A stretch of DNA of 32,403 nt, taken from a virus. Its lineage: Duplodnaviria > Heunggongvirae > Uroviricota > Caudoviricetes. This document shows, piece by piece, positions 25,590 to 32,403 of this stretch; the stretch's first letter is position 1, and each line of letters begins with the position of its first letter. Both the position numbers and the translations under genes were made by a program. The notes beneath the pieces are model-generated. The model saw only the letters and a list, made by a program, of their open reading frames with translations, was not told where the DNA came from and searched no databases. The DNA lies in IMG/VR virus record IMGVR_UViG_2617270968_000008, positions 1 through 32,403 of that record; one strand, given 5' to 3'.

Positions 25590-25965
25590 ATTCAGCCGTT
25601 CCGTGCTGTATCATGGCCGTTGCCAGTGATGATGGCACCAGAACACGCATACCCCGTAACGCCAGCTCAACGGGACGACCTGTCTCCGGGCAATACCCCA
25701 TTACTTGCAGGCACTTCCGTACCCGGACGGCTTTAACATCATCCGGAGCATCCGTGTTGTTCAACTGCTCACCATCGTCTGTGTGATTTTGATCAGCCCC
25801 ACTCTCATCAGAGTGCATAATGCCCTCCGGGGAAACAGCAAGCTCCTCTTCCCACTCAGACACACGTTGCGCAATATCCGCAGCACTCCCCGACATATCC
25901 GCCTCGCGCCCCAGCAGGCCAGCCAGTTGACGAAGACGATTCAGATTTTCTTCTTTTGTTGCCAT
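25582..25965 (-). CDS. DNA packaging protein FI-like
   Basis: 127 aa from MATKEENLNRLRQ with AGGAGG RBS; acidic protein in the lambda FI position directly upstream of FII on the same strand. Confidence 0.6.
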   Translation of the reverse strand: MATKEENLNRLRQLAGLLGREADMSGSAADIAQRVSEWEEELAVSPEGIMHSDESGADQNHTDDGEQLNNTDAPDDVKAVRVRKCLQVMGYCPETGRPVELALRGMRVLVPSSLATAMIQHGTAEYA

Positions 25966-26016
25966 CTCAGCCTCCTGTGAAAAAAGACACGGGGGCATTT
26001 CGCCCCCGCTCACGGA

Positions 26017-26202
26017 TTATTTCACCTGCACCACCACAAACTCATCCGGATCCGGCAGCACCATCAGCGGTGCGGACTGCGTCATGGTGAATTCACGGGC
26101 CGGATCGCCCACAGTCAGCCAGTGTTTCGGATAACGGGAAGATCTCCCTGTGATTAAGCTGGGGATCAGAATGCTGGGGCGTCGTCCGAACAGCATACTC
26201 AA
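26017..26202 (-). pseudogene. Major capsid protein E, C-terminal remnant (inverted)
   Basis: Short frame ending just upstream of FI on the minus strand (….PLMVLPDPDEFVVVQVK); the upstream part of the frame reads across the junction with the Z C-terminal fragment. Assignment by position and weak recall. Confidence 0.35.
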
Positions 26203-26482
26203 AGCCGGTCAGCATCGTTATCAGCGGGCATTTATCCAGCGATTAAATAATGGGCGCTGGCATGTTATGCAACGTCTTCCCCAGGCCAGATATGAGGAGG
26301 GCAATGACGACAAGGGAAGGAAAAAGCGTAATCGCCTTCCCATTCAGGTGGTGAAAATCCCGATGGCGGCCCCACTGAAACAGGCATTTGATGAGAATGT
26401 TGACCGTATCCGGCGTGAACGCCTGCCTAAAGAACTGGCATACGCGCTGAAACAACAACTGAGGATTGCGATAAAACGATGA
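26138..26482 (+). pseudogene. Tail completion protein Z, C-terminal fragment
   Basis: Frame opens after a stop at 26132-26134; (E)DLPVIKLG...FIQRLNNGRWHVMQR...VVKIPMAAPLKQAF...[25 protein letters not shown] matches the lambda gpZ C-terminal half; the N-terminal half is on the opposite strand. Confidence 0.75.
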
Positions 26483-26874
26483 AAAACACTGACATTCGTG
26501 CCGCAGTGCTGGATGCACTCGAGCAGCATGAACACGGGGCGACGCTGTTTGATGGTCGCCCCGTTGTTTTTGACGAAGAGGATTTTCCTGCGATCGCGGT
26601 TTATCTGACGGATGCAGAGTATACCGGTGAAGAGCTGGATGCAGATACCTGGCGGGCCACGCTGCATATTGAGGTGTTTTTACCGGCACAGGTACCGGAT
26701 TCAGAGCTTGATCAGTGGATGGAAAGCCGGATTTACCCGGCGATGACCGCGATCCCGGCACTGGCAGGACTGATTACCACGATGGTTACGCAGGGCTATG
26801 AGTATCGTCGTGATGACGATATGGCGTTATGGAGTTCTGCAGATCTGACTTATTCCATTACATACGAGATGTGA
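26479..26874 (+). CDS. Tail terminator protein U
   Basis: 131-aa product closely resembles recalled lambda gpU ([10 protein letters not shown]...[14 protein letters not shown]...[19 protein letters not shown]...[17 protein letters not shown]...[12 protein letters not shown]). Confidence 0.85.
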   Translation: MKNTDIRAAVLDALEQHEHGATLFDGRPVVFDEEDFPAIAVYLTDAEYTGEELDADTWRATLHIEVFLPAQVPDSELDQWMESRIYPAMTAIPALAGLITTMVTQGYEYRRDDDMALWSSADLTYSITYEM

Positions 26875-26881
26875 GGACGAT

Positions 26882-27044
26882 ATGGCAACACCAAATCCCC
26901 TTGAGCCGGTAAAAGGTGCCGGTACCACTCTGTGGGTTTACAACGGCAAGGGTGATGCTTATGCAAACCCGTTGTCAGACGATGACTGGCAGCGACTGGC
27001 TAAGGTGATGGCGCGCCGTTCCGCTACAGCTTCAGCGCCCTGAA
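26882..27044 (+). pseudogene. Major tail protein V, N-terminal fragment
   Basis: [42 protein letters not shown] matches the lambda gpV N-terminus for about 42 aa, then diverges and stops; ORF below the track cutoff, read from sequence. Confidence 0.7.
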
Positions 27045-29292
27045 GGACCGCCATAATGCCGTTGAGGTGAACTGGATTGACCCGAACAACGGCTGGGAGA
27101 CGGCGACAGAGCTTGTGGAGGATACGCAGGCCATTGCCCGTTACGGTCGTCACGTCACGAAGATGGATGCCTTTGGCTGTACCAACCGGGGGCAGGCGCA
27201 CCGTGCCGGGCTGTGGCTGATTAAAACGGAACTGCTGGAAACGCAGACCGTGGACTTCAGCGTGGGTGCAGAAGGGCTTCGCCATGTACCGGGCGATGTC
27301 ATTGAAATCTGTGATGATGACTATGCCGGTATCAGCACCGGCGGGCGCGTGCTGGCGGTGAACAGCCAGACCCGGACGCTGACGCTCGACCGTGAAATCA
27401 CGCTGCCATCCTCCGGTACCACGCTGATAAGCCTGGTTGACGGAAGTGGTAATCCGGTCAGCGTGGAGGTTCAGTCCGTCACCGACGGACTTAAGGTGAA
27501 AGTAAACCGGGTTCCTGACGGCGTTGCAGAATACAGTGTGTGGGGGCTGAAGTTGCCGACGTTGCGTCAGCGCCTGTTCCGCTGTGTGAGTATCCGTGAG
27601 AACGATGACGGCACGTATGCCATCACTGCCGTGCAGCATGTACCGGAAAAAGAGGCCATCGTGGATAACGGGGCGCACTTTGACGGCGACCAGAGCGGCA
27701 CGGTGAATGGTGTCACGCCGCCAGCGGTGCAGCACCTGACCGCAGAAGTCACCGCAGACAGCGGGGAATATCAGGTGCTGGCGCGCTGGGACACGCCGAA
27801 GGTGGTGAAGGGCGTGAGCTTCCTGCTTCGCCTGACCGTGGCAGCGGACGATGGCAGTGAGCGGCTGGTCAGCACGGCCAGGACGACGGAAACTACATAC
27901 CGCTTCACGCAACTGGCGCTGGGAAATTACAGGCTGACAGTCCGGGCAGTAAATGCGTGGGGACAGCAGGGCGATCCGGCATCGGTATCGTTCCGGATTG
28001 CCGCACCGGCAGCACCGTCGCGGATTGAGCTGACGCCGGGCTATTTTCAGATAACCGCCACGCCGCATCTTGCTGTTTATGACCCGACGGTACAGTTTGA
28101 GTTCTGGTTCTCGGAAAAGCGGATTACCGATATCAGGCAGGTTGAAACCACAGCCCGCTATCTTGGTACGGCGCTGTACTGGATAGCCGCCAGTATCAAT
28201 ATCAAACCGGGCCATGATTATTATTTTTACGTTCGCAGTGTGAACACCGTTGGCAAATCGGCATTCGTGGAGGCTGTCGGTCGGGCGAGCGATGATGCGG
28301 AAGGTTACCTGGATTTTTTCAAAGGAGAAATCGGGAAAACACATCTGGCCCAGGAGTTGTGGACGCAGATTGATAACGGTCAGCTTGCGCCGGACCTGGC
28401 TGAAATCAGGACGTCCATTACGAATGTCAGCAATGAAATCACGCAGACCGTCAATAAAAAACTGGAAGACCAGAGTGCGGCAATCCAGCAGATACAGAAA
28501 GTTCAGGTTGATACAAATAATAACCTGAACAGCATGTGGGCCGTGAAACTGCAGCAGATGAAGGACGGACGCCTTTATATTGCGGGTATCGGAGCCGGTA
28601 TTGAGAATACGCCAGCAGGTATGCAGAGTCAGGTGCTTCTGGCTGCTGACCGGATTGCGATGATTAATCCTGCGAATGGCAACACAAAGCCGATGTTTGT
28701 TGGTCAGGGCGATCAGATATTCATGAACGACGTGTTCCTGAAACGCCTGACGGCTCCGACCATTACCAGCGGCGGTAATCCTCCGGCATTTTCCCTGACA
28801 CCGGACGGGCGGCTGACGGCGAAAAATGCCGATATCAGCGGTAACGTGAATGCGAACTCCGGGACGCTCAACAACGTCACGATTAACGAGAACTGTCGGG
28901 TTCTGGGAAAATTGTCCGCCAACCAGATTGAAGGCGATCTCGTTAAAACAGTGGGCAAAGCTTTCCCCCGGGACTCCCGTGCACCGGAACGGTGGCCATC
29001 AGGGACCATCACCGTCAGGGTTTATGACGATCAGCCGTTTGACCGGCAGATTGTTATTCCGGCGGTGGCATTCAGCGGCGCTAAACATGAGCGGGAGAAT
29101 AACGATATTTATTCGTCATGCCGCCTGATAGTACGGAAAAACGGTGCTGAAATTTATAACCGTACCGCGCTGGATAATACGCTGATTTACAGTGGTGTTA
29201 TTGATATGCCAGCTGGTCGCGGCCACATGACGCTGGAGTTTTCGGTGTCAGCATGGCTGGTGAATAACTGGTACCTTCTGCCCGTAAGGTGA
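27004..29292 (+). pseudogene. Host specificity (central tail fibre) protein J, C-terminal about 760 aa (N-terminal third deleted)
   Basis: Frame opens at 27004 after a stop; [46 protein letters not shown]... matches an internal region of lambda gpJ and continues to a C-terminus; no J N-terminal domain anywhere in the window. Confidence 0.8.
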
Positions 29293-30485
29293 ATGGTAAG
29301 GCGCTTTCAGCGGATATAACACTGACGCCGAAAGATATTGGTACGCTTAACTCAACAACAATGTCATTCAGCGGTGGTGCTGGTTGGTTCAAATTAGCAA
29401 CGGTAACCATGCCACAGGCGAGTTCTGTTGTTTCAATTACGTTGATTGGTGGTGCGGGATTTAACGTGGGGTCACCTCAACAGGCAGGTATATCTGAACT
29501 TGTTTTGCGTGCAGGTAATGGTAATCCGAAGGGGATTACTGGTGCTTTATGGCAGCGCACATCGACAGGGTTTACAAATTTTGCCTGGGTCAATACATCT
29601 GGTGATACTTACGATATTTACGTTGCAATCGGAAATTATGCGACTGGTGTAAATATTCAATGGGATTATACCAGTAATGCCAGCGTGACGATTCATACGT
29701 CACCAGCATATTCTGCTAATAAGCCGGAAGGGTTAACGGACGGTACAGTTTATTCACTCTATACGCCATCAGAGCAGTTTTATCCGCCTGGCGCACCAAT
29801 CCCGTGGCCATCAGATACCGTTCCGTCTGGCTATGCCCTGATGCAGGGGCAGACTTTTGACAAATCTGCATACCCGAAACTTGCAGCCGCTTATCCGTCA
29901 GGCGTGATCCCTGATATGCGTGGCTGGACGATTAAGGGCAAACCCGCCAGTGGTCGTGCCGTATTGTCTCAGGAACATGACGGCATTAAATCGCACACCC
30001 ACAGCGCCAGCGCATCCAGTACGGATTTGGGGACGAAAAACACATCGTCGTTTGATTACGGAACCAAATCCACGAATAACACCGGGGCGCATACGCACAG
30101 TCTGAGTGGCTCTACGGGGTCTGCCGGTGATCATACTCATGGTAATGGTATTCGTTGGCCAGGAGGCGGCGGTTCTGCGTTAGCATTTTATGATGGCGGT
30201 GGGTTCACTTATGTCCAGGATTCACAGTATCAAGTAAGCCCGGGGACTTCTTCCCGTAGATCGTATTATCAACGTATTCAGACACAGTCAGCAGGTGCTC
30301 ATACCCACTCGCTGTCTGGTACTGCAGCAAGTTCTGGCGCACATGCACATACTGTAGGTATTGGTGCGCATACGCACTCCGTTGCGATTGGTTCACATGG
30401 ACACACCATCACCGTTAACGCTGCTGGTAACGCGGAAAACACCGTCAAAAACATCGCATTTAACTATATTGTGAGGCTTGCATAA
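29289..30485 (+). pseudogene. Side tail fibre protein Stf, C-terminal portion
   Basis: Contains the [18 protein letters not shown] motif usually internal to Stf, and repeated GAHTHS tail-fibre repeats; lacks the long N-terminal region; followed by tfa. Confidence 0.6.
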
Positions 30486-31069
30486 TGGCATTCAGAATGA
30501 GTGAACAAGCACGGACCATAAAAATTTATAATCTGCTGGCCGGAACTAATGAATTTATTGGTGAAGGTGACGCATATATTCCGCCTCATACAGGTCTGCC
30601 AGCAAACAGTACCGATATTGCACCACCAGATATTCCTGCTGGCTTTGTGGCTGTTTTCAACAGTGATGAGGCATCGTGGCATCTCGTTGAAGACCATCGG
30701 GGTAAAACGGTTTATGACGTAGCGTCAGGGGACGAGTTATTTATTTCTGAACTCGGTCCGTTACCGGAAAATGTTACCTGGTTATCGCCGGAAGGGGAGT
30801 TTCAGAAGTGGAACGGCACAGCCTGGGTGAAGGATACGGAAGCAGAAAAAATGTTCCGGATCCGGGAGGCGGAAGAAACAAAAAACAACCTGATGCAGGT
30901 AGCCAGTGAGCATATTGCGCCGCTTCAGGATGCTGCAGATCTGGAAATTGCAACGGAGGAAGAAACCTCATTGCTGGAAGCCTGGAAAAAGTATCGGGTG
31001 TTGCTGAACCGTGTTGATACATCAACTGCACCTGATATTGAGTGGCCTACGAACCCTGTCAGGGAGTAA
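30485..31069 (+). CDS. tfa: Tail fibre assembly protein Tfa
   Basis: 194-aa product closely resembles recalled lambda Tfa ([79 protein letters not shown]). Confidence 0.9.
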   Translation: MAFRMSEQARTIKIYNLLAGTNEFIGEGDAYIPPHTGLPANSTDIAPPDIPAGFVAVFNSDEASWHLVEDHRGKTVYDVASGDELFISELGPLPENVTWLSPEGEFQKWNGTAWVKDTEAEKMFRIREAEETKNNLMQVASEHIAPLQDAADLEIATEEETSLLEAWKKYRVLLNRVDTSTAPDIEWPTNPVRE

Positions 31070-31118
31070 TCATTGGGATTATGCCGCAGCACGTCTTAAG
31101 CAAGAACGTGCTGCGGTT
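30905..31118. repeat. Direct repeat, copy 1 (3' end of tfa plus downstream flank)
   Basis: About 200 bp nearly identical to 31955-32168, including GCGCCRCTKCAGGATGCTG...GTCAGGGAGTAATCATTGGGATTATGCCGCAG. Confidence 0.7.
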
Positions 31119-31123
31119 GGATG

Positions 31124-31792
31124 CTATTTTTTCCCTGAAGCGGAAAACATTACTACAGTACCTTGAACCTTGGTTTTAACATTCTCGAAATGCTCTGAGA
31201 GTATATGTGTTAAGCCTTCTTCGGAATCTTTTGTGTTTGAAAAGATGCCTTTCTGATTGTAAATGCGCATCAGTTTTTGACCGAAGCTATTGTGCACAAC
31301 TCCATCGCCAAGAATTGTGGCTCCGTATAGAGTTCCATCGTCAGTTAAGGCCTGCGCCGCATTGCGTATTACACAGCTTTTTGTAGATATATTTCCAGGC
31401 AGGCAGTGAAGAAGGTAAAACATGGAAATGGAATCAAATTGACCATGTAACGCCGCGGGATAAGGTTCAAAAACATCATGGCTAATTTTATGTTTAATTT
31501 TTGATTCCCCAGCCCTTGTAGATGCCGCGTTCAGGCTAGCTTCGTTCAAATCCATTAAAGATATCAGACTACTCTCAGGTACGTGAGTAAGGTAAAACCC
31601 AGTTCCAACACCAATATCCAGATGGTTGTTACCTACATGTTCCAGAAAGTGTGGAAGAAGGTGTTCCTTTGTAGGACATCCCCATGCAAGCCGATTTGAT
31701 ACTCCCAAAACCCACCAGTCATAAAGCTTTAGGGTAAGTGGTGTGTAAATTTTAGCCCCATCATCTGTGTTTTTTTTCATTGATTTCACCAT
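31124..31792 (-). CDS. Class I SAM-dependent methyltransferase (substrate unknown)
   Basis: 222-aa ORF with SAM-binding motif I (LDIGVGTGFY) and an acidic post-I residue; AT-rich; lies between the two direct repeat copies. Alternative start at 31780 (MKKNTDD) has a better SD (GGTGA). Confidence 0.65.
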   Translation of the reverse strand: MVKSMKKNTDDGAKIYTPLTLKLYDWWVLGVSNRLAWGCPTKEHLLPHFLEHVGNNHLDIGVGTGFYLTHVPESSLISLMDLNEASLNAASTRAGESKIKHKISHDVFEPYPAALHGQFDSISMFYLLHCLPGNISTKSCVIRNAAQALTDDGTLYGATILGDGVVHNSFGQKLMRIYNQKGIFSNTKDSEEGLTHILSEHFENVKTKVQGTVVMFSASGKK

Positions 31793-31848
31793 GTTATAGT
31801 TTTATTTGTGAATTAAATCAATTATGGCGATGAATTACAAGGGGTTAA

Positions 31849-32118
31849 ATGCTGCCGCAGCATAGCGATATTGAAATAGCCTGGTATGCTTCGATACAGC
31901 AGGAGCCGAATGGCTGGAAGACCGTCACCACACAGTTCTACATCCAGGAATTCAGTGAGTATATTGCGCCACTGCAGGATGCTGTAGATCTGGAAATCGC
32001 AACGGAGGAAGAAAGATCGTTGCTGGAGGCATGGAATAAATATCGGGTATTGTTGAATCGTGTTGATACATCAACTGCACCTGATATTGAGTGGCCTGCA
32101 AATCCTGTCAGGGAGTAA
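31849..32118 (+). pseudogene. Tfa C-terminal domain remnant with unrelated N-terminus
   Basis: C-terminal 55 aa ([53 protein letters not shown]) duplicate the Tfa C-terminus; the N-terminal 35 aa are unrelated. Confidence 0.5.
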
Positions 32119-32168
32119 TCATTGGGATTATGCCGCAGACACGTCGTATGCAGGAACGTGCTGCGGTT
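31955..32168. repeat. Direct repeat, copy 2
   Basis: Second copy of the tfa 3' end and flank; with copy 1 it brackets the minus-strand methyltransferase gene. Confidence 0.7.
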
Positions 32169-32232
32169 AGTTTGTGAGCTTTCGATAGTGGTTGTTATTT
32201 TTGCCCTTATTTGTTCCGGAGGCCATGGTTCA

Positions 32233-32403
32233 ATGGTCCGTCTGCCCCCTGTGGTGATGTCAGCAAAATCAGCCACTGCGCGAACCACAATAGCCCGGGA
32301 AGATGCTGAAGATCACCAGGTAAAGCTATCAGCGCAGAAACTGGAAGAACTGCTCGCATCAATGGTTAAGGATGAGGTTGATCGCAATGATGGGATTTAT
32401 TGA
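32233..32403 (+). CDS. Hypothetical small protein
   Basis: 56-aa frame from MVRLPPVV (GGAGG about 10 nt upstream) ending at the TGA at the window end; start uncertain. Confidence 0.25.
   Translation: MVRLPPVVMSAKSATARTTIAREDAEDHQVKLSAQKLEELLASMVKDEVDRNDGIY

Noticed and set aside
26243-26761. 172-aa and 107-aa minus-strand ORFs
   Set aside because: Antisense to the well-supported Z C-terminal fragment and U genes; shadow frames.
26959-28344. 461-aa minus-strand ORF
   Set aside because: Antisense to the J fragment, which shows strong similarity to lambda J; the antisense product is Arg/Pro/Cys-rich with no RBS.

Overview
This window reads as a defective lambdoid prophage of an enterobacterial (E. 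coli-like) host, laid out in Stx-phage/Qin/Rac-like order. All calls are from reading the six-frame translations and the DNA by eye; no database search was run, and family names and gene symbols come from recalled homologues, so treat them as tentative. Left to right: integrase and excisionase (minus strand), a large exonuclease, small early-left genes, a RacR/YdaS/YdaT-like immunity switch with operator-bearing divergent promoters, an O-like replication initiator with in-gene iterons, a nin-like region carrying a Hok toxin and an XRE/ImmA-metallopeptidase module bracketed by a duplicated terminator, DUF968, RusA, antiterminator Q with a PR'/tR' unit, an orphan DNA methyltransferase, a tRNA cluster, NanS-p esterase, a phage-21-like lysis cassette, a two-gene AT-rich moron (PD-(D/E)xK-like protein convergent with a 355-aa protein), and Nu1. 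The structural module is scrambled: terminase A is truncated, an inverted block carries Z(N-term)/FII/FI/E(C-term), and V is fused by deletion to the C-terminal two-thirds of J, followed by a side-tail-fibre fragment, Tfa, and a minus-strand SAM methyltransferase flanked by a duplicated tfa 3' end. The most interesting region is the slot where Stx phages carry stxAB (about 16.78-18.2 kb): there are no toxin genes, but three terminator-ended structured non-coding units (two are paralogues with conserved base-pairing) and an AT-rich minus-strand ORF, next to a third tRNA that appears truncated. Other candidates for uncharacterised systems are the XRE-ImmA-Cys-rich cassette and the convergent pair between Rz and Nu1.
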